DNA of 32,000 bases from Delftia acidovorans NBRC 14950 (GTDB lineage Bacteria > Pseudomonadota > Gammaproteobacteria > Burkholderiales > Burkholderiaceae_C), in the NCBI RefSeq assembly GCF_001598795.1, contig NZ_BCZP01000025.1:30001-62000 (forward strand), in the 5' to 3' direction. Made by a program: the position numbers and the translations under genes. The notes under the pieces were generated by a model that saw only the letters and a program-made list of their open reading frames with translations, was not told the DNA's origin and made no database searches. This document shows, piece after piece, positions 16,826 through 23,858 of this stretch; within the stretch, counting starts at the first letter, position 1; each line of letters starts with the position of its first letter.

Positions 16826-16854
16826 TCGTCACTGAACGCCCCGCCGTACAATCG

Positions 16855-17100
16855 CCGCCGTTGGTGCCAGCAGCCCCAGGGGCTGCGGTTAAACGGGAAA
16901 CATGGGGCGGCCAGATAAAGCTGCCCGCATGTACTGCCCCCGCAACAGTGAGTGAAACGCCGCGTGCATGGCACCGGCCCCCGCCAAACCCGTGCCACTG
17001 GGCGTACAGCCCGGGAAGGCCTTGGCGAGTGCGTCACCAGTCTGGATACCGGCCAACAGGCGGCCGGCCGCGCATGCAGCGCAGCCGGTCTTTGTGGTTT
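16855..17100 (+). promoter_or_regulatory. Cobalamin (B12) riboswitch with terminator-type expression platform
   Basis: Conserved elements appear in order: GGTGCC (16863-16868), GTTAAACGGGAA (16888-16899), CTGCCCCCGCAACAGTG (16934-16950), GCCACTG (16994-17000), GGGAAGGC (17013-17020) and the B12 box AGTCTGGATACCGGCC (17039-17054). A GC hairpin follows at 17062-17090, then TTTGTGGTTT (17091-17100). Confidence 0.85.
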
Positions 17101-17141
17101 CCGTGCCGGCGGGGTCGCTGGCGCGCAACTGGCTCGCATCC

Positions 17142-19064
17142 ATGCACACCCTCGCCCTCGCGCGCGCCCCTGGCGCCGCTCTTCGCTCGCCCTCGGCGTT
17201 TCCCGTACTGCGCACGTTGTCCGCCCTGGCTGCGGCCTCGCTGCTGGCCTGCCAGGCCCATGCACAGGCACAACAGGCACAACAGGCACAACAGGCGCAG
17301 CGCGCACAGGCCTCCCAGCTCGATACCGTGGTCGTCACCGCCTCGCGCAGCGAACAGTCCCTGCGCACCGTCACGGCCGACATGACCGTGATCGACGCCG
17401 AGACCATTGCCCGCAGCGGCGCCACCGGCGTGGCCGACCTGCTGGTGCAGGTGCCGGGCGTGCAGATCAACCGCAATGGCGGGCCGGGCCAGGTCACCTC
17501 GGTCTACCTGCGCGGCACCAGCAACCAGCACACTGCCGTGTTCATTGACGGCGTGCGCTACAGCTCGCAGGAGCTGCAGGGCGGCGCGGTCTGGTCCACC
17601 CTGCCGCTGGCGCAGATTGACCGCATCGAGGTGCTGCGCGGCCCGGCCGCCGCCATCTATGGCTCAGACGCCATGGGCGGAGTGATCCAGATCTTCACCA
17701 AGCGGGCGGACGGCCAGACCCGCGCCTATGCCGAGGCGGGCATAGGCAACCAGGGCACCAGCAAGCTGGCCACGGGATTTCAGGGCGGGGCCAACGGCTT
17801 CACCTATGGCCTGAACCTGGCGGACGAGCGCAGCGACGGCTTTGACGTCTACCCCGGCAACACCTTTTCGCCCAACCCGGACGAGGATGGCTACAGCAAC
17901 ACCTCGCTGGGCCTGAACGCGGGCTACAAAACGGGCATCCACCAGATCGATGCCAGCCTGCTGCACAGCCGCCTGCGCACCCACTACGACCAGAGCCCGC
18001 CGCCTTTCGACGACTACGACGTGGTCAAGAACACCACCGGCAGCCTGCGCTGGCAGGCCGGCTGGAACGCCATGTACAAAAGCGTGGTCCAGGTCTCCCA
18101 TACCGACAGCCAAAGCGACCGCCACACCCAGTCGCCCGAAAGCGCCAAGGGCCGCTCCACAAACTACCTGCTGCAGAACCTGTTCACGCTGGGCCAGCAC
18201 CGTTTCAACATCGACCTGGAGCGCCGCGAGGACAAGCTGGACACGCAATACGCCTGGACGCAGAACACCGACAGCCGGCGCGTGCAGAACTCCCTGTCGG
18301 CCGGCTGGCGCCTGACGGAGGGACGCCACCAGTTCGACGCCAACCTGCGCCACGACCAGGTGCGCGACCAGCAGAACAAGACCACGGGCGGGCTGGGCTA
18401 TGGCCTGCAGATCGACGAGCGCTGGCGCTGGGTGGCATCGGCCGGCACGGCCTTCAGAACCCCCACGCTGTACGAACGCTTCACGGGCCAGGCGGCGGCC
18501 GACCTCAAGCCAGAAAGCAGCACCAACGTGGAAACGGGCCTGCACTATGCGGCCGGTGCCAACCGCCTCTCGGCCGTGGTCTACCGCAACAAGTTCAAGA
18601 ACCTCATCACCTACGACTGGAACAGCGCCGTTCCCTGCAACTGCTACCGCAACTGGCAGAGCGTGGAGATCACCGGCCTGACGCTGTCGGGCAGCACGCG
18701 CCTGGGCAGCGCCAACCTGGGCGCCTCGCTGGACTTCATGAACCCCGAGAACCTGGAGACCGGCAAGCTGCTGCCCTACCGCTCCAAGCGCATGCTCAAG
18801 CTCAACGCCGACACCCAGGCGGCCGGCTGGACGCTGGGCGGCGAAGCGCAGCTGTACAGCGGCCGCTACGCAGACGAGGCGAATACCTTCAAGCTGGGCG
18901 GCTACGGCGTGGTCAACCTCTACGCCCAGCGCCAGCTGACCAGGCAATGGGCGCTGCTGGCCCGCGTCAACAACATCGCCGACCGCGACTACGCCCCCAC
19001 GCGCGGCTACGCCAACGCAGGCCGCACCGTGTTCGTCAGCGTGCGCTGGACTCCCCTGCCCTGA
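17142..19064 (+). CDS. btuB: TonB-dependent vitamin B12/cobalamin outer-membrane receptor
   Basis: It lies downstream of the B12 riboswitch. It has a signal peptide (LLACQAHA-QAQ), a TonB box LDTVVVTASR, a plug with IEVLRGPAAAIYGSDAMGGVIQIFTK and a barrel. The track start at 16968 lies inside the riboswitch, so I used the ATG at 17142. Confidence 0.88.
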   Translation: MHTLALARAPGAALRSPSAFPVLRTLSALAAASLLACQAHAQAQQAQQAQQAQRAQASQLDTVVVTASRSEQSLRTVTADMTVIDAETIARSGATGVADLLVQVPGVQINRNGGPGQVTSVYLRGTSNQHTAVFIDGVRYSSQELQGGAVWSTLPLAQIDRIEVLRGPAAAIYGSDAMGGVIQIFTKRADGQTRAYAEAGIGNQGTSKLATGFQGGANGFTYGLNLADERSDGFDVYPGNTFSPNPDEDGYSNTSLGLNAGYKTGIHQIDASLLHSRLRTHYDQSPPPFDDYDVVKNTTGSLRWQAGWNAMYKSVVQVSHTDSQSDRHTQSPESAKGRSTNYLLQNLFTLGQHRFNIDLERREDKLDTQYAWTQNTDSRRVQNSLSAGWRLTEGRHQFDANLRHDQVRDQQNKTTGGLGYGLQIDERWRWVASAGTAFRTPTLYERFTGQAAADLKPESSTNVETGLHYAAGANRLSAVVYRNKFKNLITYDWNSAVPCNCYRNWQSVEITGLTLSGSTRLGSANLGASLDFMNPENLETGKLLPYRSKRMLKLNADTQAAGWTLGGEAQLYSGRYADEANTFKLGGYGVVNLYAQRQLTRQWALLARVNNIADRDYAPTRGYANAGRTVFVSVRWTPLP

Positions 19065-19069
19065 CCGCC

Positions 19070-20011
19070 ATGCACCTGCTTGTGCGCCTTCCCCGCCTTC
19101 TGCTGCTGATCGCCGCCCTGGCCTGCGCGGGCGGCGCCGTCGCGCAAAAGGCGGTGGATGCGAACCAAGGCAGCACAGGCGCGAGCACAGCCACGCCGTA
19201 CACCGTCACCGACATGCGCGGGCGGCAGGTGCGCCTGGAGCGGGTGCCGCAGCGCATCGTCTCGCTGCTGCCCTCGCTGACCGAATCGCTGTGCGCACTG
19301 GACGCCTGCGAGCGCATCGTGGGCGTGGACGAGTTCTCCAACCACCCGGCGCGTGTGGCCGCCTTGCCCAAGCTGGGCCACACCTTTGCCCCGCTGGTCG
19401 AGGCCACCGTGCGGCTCAGGCCCGACGTGGTGCTGATGGCGTATTCCGCACCCGTCATCGCGCAGCTGGAGCGCTTCGGCATTCCTGTGCTGGCGCTGGA
19501 CGCCAATGACATGGCGCAGCTGGAGCAGGTGCTGCACAAGCTCGACCAGTTGCTGCAGGCGCAGCGCGCCAACGCCCTGCTGGCGCGCATGCAGGCCGAG
19601 GTGGACCAGCAGGCCAAGGCGCTGGCTGCGCACGCGCCCGCCGGGCAGAAGGTGTATTTCGAGGTGGACGCCACGCCTTACGCGGCAGGGCCGGACTCCT
19701 TCATAGGCCAGCTGCTGCAGCGCCTGGGCGCGCGCAATATGCTGCCGCAGAAACTGGGTCCCTTCCCCCGCATCACGCCCGAATACGTGCTGCGCCAGCA
19801 GCCAGAACTCATCATCCACACGCCGCAGACTCCATCGGCCAGCTTTGCCACCCGCCCCGGCTGGAGCCGCATGCCCGCCGTGCGCTCCGGCCGCATCTGC
19901 GCGCTGGACCTGGTCGAGACGGACGTGGTCTCCCGCCCCGGCCCGCGCCTGGGCGAGGCGGCGCGGGCGCTGGCCCGCTGCCTGCAGATGCCGGGCGCAG
20001 CGCCGCGTTGA
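19070..20011 (+). CDS. Periplasmic cobalamin/siderophore-type ABC substrate-binding protein (BtuF-like, PF01497 class)
   Basis: Signal peptide MHLLVRLPRLLLLIAALACAGGAVA. RIVSLLPSLTESLCAL...VGVDEFSNHP and PDVVLM are typical of BtuF-like binding proteins. The start is 6 bp after the btuB stop. Confidence 0.8.
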   Translation: MHLLVRLPRLLLLIAALACAGGAVAQKAVDANQGSTGASTATPYTVTDMRGRQVRLERVPQRIVSLLPSLTESLCALDACERIVGVDEFSNHPARVAALPKLGHTFAPLVEATVRLRPDVVLMAYSAPVIAQLERFGIPVLALDANDMAQLEQVLHKLDQLLQAQRANALLARMQAEVDQQAKALAAHAPAGQKVYFEVDATPYAAGPDSFIGQLLQRLGARNMLPQKLGPFPRITPEYVLRQQPELIIHTPQTPSASFATRPGWSRMPAVRSGRICALDLVETDVVSRPGPRLGEAARALARCLQMPGAAPR

Positions 20012-20068
20012 CTTCGCTGGCCTGATTGGCCCGCTTGACCCGCTTGGCCTGCTTGCCCGATGACTTGC

Positions 20069-20389
20069 CTACTCCAGCACCACGGCCGTGCCGCTGGCAG
20101 ACACCATCAACATGCCGTTGCCCTGGCCCAGCACCTCGTAATCCAGATCCACCCCCACCACGGCATTCGCGCCCAATTCCTGGGCGCGTTCCTCCAGCTC
20201 CTTGAGCGCAATCTCGCGCGCCCGCTGCAGCTCGCGCTCATAGGTGGCCGACCGCCCACCCACGATGTCGCGCAGCCCGGCAAACAAGTCCTTGAACACA
20301 TTGGCGCCCAAAATCGCCTCGCCCGCGACCACGCCGCAGTAGCGGGTGATGCGGCGGCCTTCGATCTGGGGGGTGGTGGTGATGATCAT
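20069..20389 (-). CDS. ybjQ: YbjQ-family (UPF0145) heavy-metal-binding-domain protein
   Basis: 106 aa, [14 protein letters not shown]...[23 protein letters not shown]...R..A...L...[15 protein letters not shown]. This is canonical YbjQ. Confidence 0.9.
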   Translation of the reverse strand: MIITTTPQIEGRRITRYCGVVAGEAILGANVFKDLFAGLRDIVGGRSATYERELQRAREIALKELEERAQELGANAVVGVDLDYEVLGQGNGMLMVSASGTAVVLE

Positions 20390-20715
20390 GAGAAATCCTC
20401 GGTGAGTGACGGAGATAAGCCTTGAGCGCCAAGCCGGCCGGCGATCGGTTCAAGGAAGAACTGAACCAGGGCAGTCTGCCATAGGCCTGGAGTATCATCT
20501 CGCGCAAAGTGCTGAACACACTTCTTGCTAGCCGGTAAGCCGCTCCCGAAAGCATTGTTGGAAAAATGCTTGGAGGCCTTATGGCTATTTTCTTTGCGGG
20601 CGTTTCAAGGCCCTTCCCCATCTCAATTTCCACTGCGCCACAGCTCTCTGATCTGTACATCGCTTCTTACCCTTTCTCCGCGCCCGGCTCCAAGCCATTT
20701 CGCTAAGGAGTCGCC

Positions 20716-21186
20716 ATGTTGTACTTTCAGATGTCGGAAGATGAGTTCAACCAACTGAACCGCGTGCGAGAACAATGGGGACTCATCTCAAGCTTGCTGA
20801 TTGGCGCTTACCCCAGCAATCCCATGGAGGTTGTCGATTCCAATGAGCTGCTTGCCTTTATCAATGCGCAGATTGAGGCGATGGAGGCAGTTGTGGGGGC
20901 GATAAGGCAAAGGGGCGTGATGAAACAGCTGACTGAGGAGAAAATCCTGGCGAAAGCCGTATCCGAGATCCGTCTTCTCCTGAGCGGATATCTGGGGAGC
21001 AACGTGGATGCGGATCCGAGCGTACGGATCGCAGCGCACCTGGCCTATGCCCTGCACAACGATGCATTGGCCGTGCTGGAGGGAAATGGCTTCAGCGCCG
21101 ACGAAGCGCTGAAGCGGGTGGCGGCCGTGGACTCGCTTCTAGGAGTCGAGGTGGGGAGTGAATTCGTTCGCAGCTTGGAAGCTTAG
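20716..21186 (+). CDS. Hypothetical protein (no family recognised), in the low-G+C islet
   Basis: 156 aa. The ATG is preceded by AAGGAG and a hairpin terminator follows. G+C is about 50-55% by hand count, against about 65% in the flanks. The protein is acidic, looks helical, and has no TM segment or signal peptide. Confidence 0.55.
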   Translation: MLYFQMSEDEFNQLNRVREQWGLISSLLIGAYPSNPMEVVDSNELLAFINAQIEAMEAVVGAIRQRGVMKQLTEEKILAKAVSEIRLLLSGYLGSNVDADPSVRIAAHLAYALHNDALAVLEGNGFSADEALKRVAAVDSLLGVEVGSEFVRSLEA

Positions 21187-21203
21187 AGCCCTCTCAAGAC
21201 CAA

Positions 21204-21228
21204 GGGGCAATGACAGCATTGCCCCTTT
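21204..21228 (+). terminator. Hairpin terminator after the 156-aa orphan gene
   Basis: GGGGCAATG (21204-21212), an ACAG loop and CATTGCCCC (21217-21225), then a TTTCCTTCTT tract. Confidence 0.55.
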
Positions 21229-21467
21229 CCTTCTTCCCAAGCCGCCCCAGAATGCCCAGCCTCGACCTACAGTTCGCCTGCATGCGCACCAGCCAGACCT
21301 ACAACGGTATGATGCCTGCCGGCACCGAACACCAACACTGATGCTTTGGAGCAGATAACAGCTCTTACCTGATTGATGCCATGGTGCGCTTGCGAGATCC
21401 GCCCCTTGAGAGCATGCGTTTATTCAATTAAAAACATCTCAGAAATGCATTCTTAATAGGAGTAGAA

Positions 21468-21770
21468 ATGCACTGCCAAAAATGTAGTCATGAATTTCAA
21501 GCGACCGATGTTCGCTGCATCAACTGCGGAGCGACCTTGATCTATGAAGCAAACGGTCATTCCAAGGAATACAAGGAAGCCGCAAGCTTCCTGGACTCAA
21601 AAATTTTTGCTGGAATGGGGGCCTTGATCGGATTTTCCATCGTGGCCTTTCTGTTGAAATTCATCTTTACTTCTCATTGGCTTTCAGATAGAGCAGTTTT
21701 CATGGCTGCGATGTGCGGCGGCTTGATCGGCGGTGTACTTGGACGCTTTATTCAAAAGCGCCAGCAATAA
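21468..21770 (+). CDS. Zinc-ribbon domain membrane protein (2 predicted TM segments)
   Basis: 100 aa. CxxC-x13-CxxC (CQKC...CINC) sits at the N-terminus, followed by two hydrophobic/Gly-rich helices (FAGMGALIGFSIVAFLLKFIF, VFMAAMCGGLIGGVLG). AGGAG precedes the ATG. G+C is about 45% by hand count. Confidence 0.65.
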   Translation: MHCQKCSHEFQATDVRCINCGATLIYEANGHSKEYKEAASFLDSKIFAGMGALIGFSIVAFLLKFIFTSHWLSDRAVFMAAMCGGLIGGVLGRFIQKRQQ

Positions 21771-22085
21771 TCAAAAAACGGAAGAAGGCACGAAGGCTTG
21801 GATCAGGGGTTGCATCTGTAGCCACAGTCGTTGCCTACAGGTCGTGATCGGTTCGTGCCGCATGGTGACGCGGGACATTCCGCCTAGCGTGATCGCTGCG
21901 GCCGTGCCTCACGGTGCGCGCGATCACGGATGAGGGCAAGACCGGCTTTCCTGCCCGGGCCTGCGGTCACCCGGCTCGGCAGCAGGCTCAGGCGGGCTGC
22001 CTTCCTTTCATCGGCCTGCATGATCCGGACACCACGCGGCTGCCCGAACAGCCCCATAATCTGGCTTCAAAATTTCACGACACCA

Positions 22086-22427
22086 ATGACACAGTCCCTC
22101 AAAGAACTCCTTGCGGCCAAGGCCGCGCTGGACATGGAAATTGCCAAGGCCCGCACCTCGGCGGCCGACGCTGCCCTGTCCAAGGTCCAGAAGCTGGTGA
22201 CCGATTTCGGGTTCACCCAGCAGCAAGTGTTCCCCTACATCCCTGAAAAAACCAGTGCGCCGGCGAAGTATCGCGATCCGGCTACGGGAGCGACGTGGAC
22301 AGGTCGAGGCAAGCCTCCGAACTGGATCAAGGACCAGGATCGCGACGACTTCCTCATCGAAAGCAAACCCGAAGCGGCCCAAGGCCCGTTTCTCGCCGAA
22401 ATGGCGGCAGCGGCAGCTCGCAACTGA
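22086..22427 (+). CDS. H-NS-family nucleoid-associated (xenogeneic silencer-type) protein
   Basis: 113 aa with an N-terminal coiled-coil (LKELLAAKAALDMEIAKAR) and the C-terminal DNA-binding motif KYRDPATGATWTGRGKPPNWI. I used the ATG at 22086; the track ORF begins earlier, at 21930. Confidence 0.88.
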   Translation: MTQSLKELLAAKAALDMEIAKARTSAADAALSKVQKLVTDFGFTQQQVFPYIPEKTSAPAKYRDPATGATWTGRGKPPNWIKDQDRDDFLIESKPEAAQGPFLAEMAAAAARN

Positions 22428-22503
22428 AAGCGCTGCACACGGCGGCACGCAGGATGCCGTGCGGTGCGGTGGAGTTCCGATGCGAAGGAATCTGTGCCTG
22501 CCG

Positions 22504-22539
22504 AAAAAAAGCCCTCTGAGCATTCAGCGGGCTTTTTTT
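22504..22539. terminator. Bidirectional Rho-independent terminator between the H-NS gene and the oxygenase operon
   Basis: An A7 run (22504-22510), a stem GCCCtCTGA/TCAGcGGGC with a 4-nt loop, and a T7 run (22533-22539). The structure is symmetric, so it can terminate both convergent transcripts. Confidence 0.7.
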
Positions 22540-22640
22540 CCGGCCTGGCGCCGGCGACGTAGTCACTTCCGGCATCTTTCGAGGGCGTGCATCGCGCTCC
22601 GGCAGGGGGATCAGCCGGGCCTTTGCGGCACCGCAAGCGC

Positions 22641-23015
22641 TCAGGCGTGGCTGACCGGGCAGCTGCCCGCCTTGCCCATGATGCTGTCCGCAGGCGCCTG
22701 CGCGCGGTCATTCAGTCCGTAGTCGCGCAGCACCTGGGTGACGCGCACGCGGTAGTCCTTGAAGATCTTGTCGCGGCCGGCGCGCTGGGCGCTGAGGTGG
22801 GCTTCCACGTTGCGCCACTGGACGACGGCTTCCTCATCGCGCCAGGTGGTGACGGACATGACTTTCTCGGGGTTGAGCGTGCTCTGGAAGCATTCCACGG
22901 AGATAAACCCCTCCATGGGCTTGAGCATGGGGGTGAGCTTGTTGACCAGGTCCACATAGGTCTGGTTCTGGCCGGGCAAGGCCTGCAGTTCGAACAGTAC
23001 GACAACCATCTTCAA
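22641..23015 (-). CDS. Antibiotic-biosynthesis-monooxygenase (ABM/Dabb-fold) family protein
   Basis: 124 aa. The pattern VVVLFELQALPGQ...GFISVECFQS...KVMSVTTWRDEEAVVQWRN..H is the ABM ferredoxin-like signature. AAGGAGAG precedes the ATG. This is the last gene of the operon. Confidence 0.85.
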   Translation of the reverse strand: MKMVVVLFELQALPGQNQTYVDLVNKLTPMLKPMEGFISVECFQSTLNPEKVMSVTTWRDEEAVVQWRNVEAHLSAQRAGRDKIFKDYRVRVTQVLRDYGLNDRAQAPADSIMGKAGSCPVSHA

Positions 23016-23103
23016 CTCTCCTTTTTTCGGGAACAGAGATTCCGGCGCCGCGCAGCGGCGGCTCCGGCGTGGGGGAAATGGGTGAATGGGCGGCGCCGCA
23101 GGT

Positions 23104-23808
23104 TCAGCGGCTGCGCGCCAGGTTGGTCAGCCAGGCGGCCAGCACATTGCGCGCGGCCAGGGCCAGCAGGCCGCCGTATTTCTGGGCATCGGCACGCAGG
23201 GTGCGCGGGTCCACCTGGGCGACGCCCAGTTCACAGGCATGGCCGACCAGCCAGCGCTCCAGCCGGGCCGCGTCGGCCTCCAGATGGAATTGCAGGCCCA
23301 GCACCTGCGGGCCCACGGCGAAGGCCTGGTTGGCGCCGATGGCGGTGCCGGCCAGGTGCACGGCGCCTTCGGGAATGTCGAACTGGTCGCCATGCCAATG
23401 GAGCACGGGCACGCCGTCCAGTTTGGCGAGGGGCGAGGCCAGGCCGGCGTCGGTGAGCGTGAGCGGCGAAAAGCCGATTTCCTTGACGCCCAGCGGGTAG
23501 ACCCTGGCGCCCAGCGCGCGCGCAATGAGCTGGGCGCCCAGGCAGATGCCCAGCAGCGGCTTGCCGCTGTCCAGCCAGCGGCGCACGGCCGCCAGCTCCT
23601 GGGCGACGAAGGGATAAAGCGCCTCGTCATAGGCACCTATGGGGCCGCCCAGCACGACAAGCAGGTCGGCACGGCCCAGGTCCAGGGTGTCAAGCTCGCC
23701 GATGCTGGGATCGACGTACTGCACTTCGTAGCCGCGGCTGGCGAACTCGGCATGCAGGGTGCCCAGGTCTTCGAAGTGGATGTGGCGCAGCGCGATGGCT
23801 TTTTTCAT
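23104..23808 (-). CDS. Class-I glutamine amidotransferase-like protein (stand-alone GATase1; possible gamma-glutamyl hydrolase)
   Basis: 234 aa from MKKAIALRHIHFEDLG. The nucleophile elbow is LLGICLGAQL (Cys89) and the C-terminal LQFHLE gives His175/Glu177. The track ORF 23104..24450 is a read-through extension into the upstream gene. Confidence 0.88.
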   Translation of the reverse strand: MKKAIALRHIHFEDLGTLHAEFASRGYEVQYVDPSIGELDTLDLGRADLLVVLGGPIGAYDEALYPFVAQELAAVRRWLDSGKPLLGICLGAQLIARALGARVYPLGVKEIGFSPLTLTDAGLASPLAKLDGVPVLHWHGDQFDIPEGAVHLAGTAIGANQAFAVGPQVLGLQFHLEADAARLERWLVGHACELGVAQVDPRTLRADAQKYGGLLALAARNVLAAWLTNLARSR

Positions 23809-23858
23809 GGGAAAACTCAGGTGGATACAGGAGGATGGCTTGGAACGTGCGGAGCCAG

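Noticed and set aside
16968-17141. N-terminal 58 codons of the 698-aa track ORF for the TonB-dependent receptor
   Set aside because: This stretch overlaps the cobalamin riboswitch aptamer, B12 box and terminator hairpin. A proper signal peptide begins at the ATG at 17142.
21191-21413. Possible inverted repeat (CTCTCAAG..GGGGC at about 21191-21208 versus GCCCCTTGAGAG at about 21402-21413) as the ends of a miniature mobile element
   Set aside because: The arms match only about 12 nt and need a 6-nt gap. The left arm is part of the terminator hairpin, and no target-site duplication is evident. This is probably chance.
20390-22100. Calling the low-G+C islet a defined mobile element, prophage remnant or TA/defence system
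   Set aside because: No integrase, transposase, tRNA attachment site or flanking direct repeats are visible, and neither orphan protein matches a family I recognise. I therefore report it only as a compositional islet with hypotheses.
21914-22246. 110-aa ORF, and the 52-codon N-terminal extension of the H-NS ORF (21930..22085)
   Set aside because: They overlap or extend the H-NS gene with Arg/Pro-rich sequence. H-NS-family proteins of this lineage start at the coiled-coil (MTQSLKELL).
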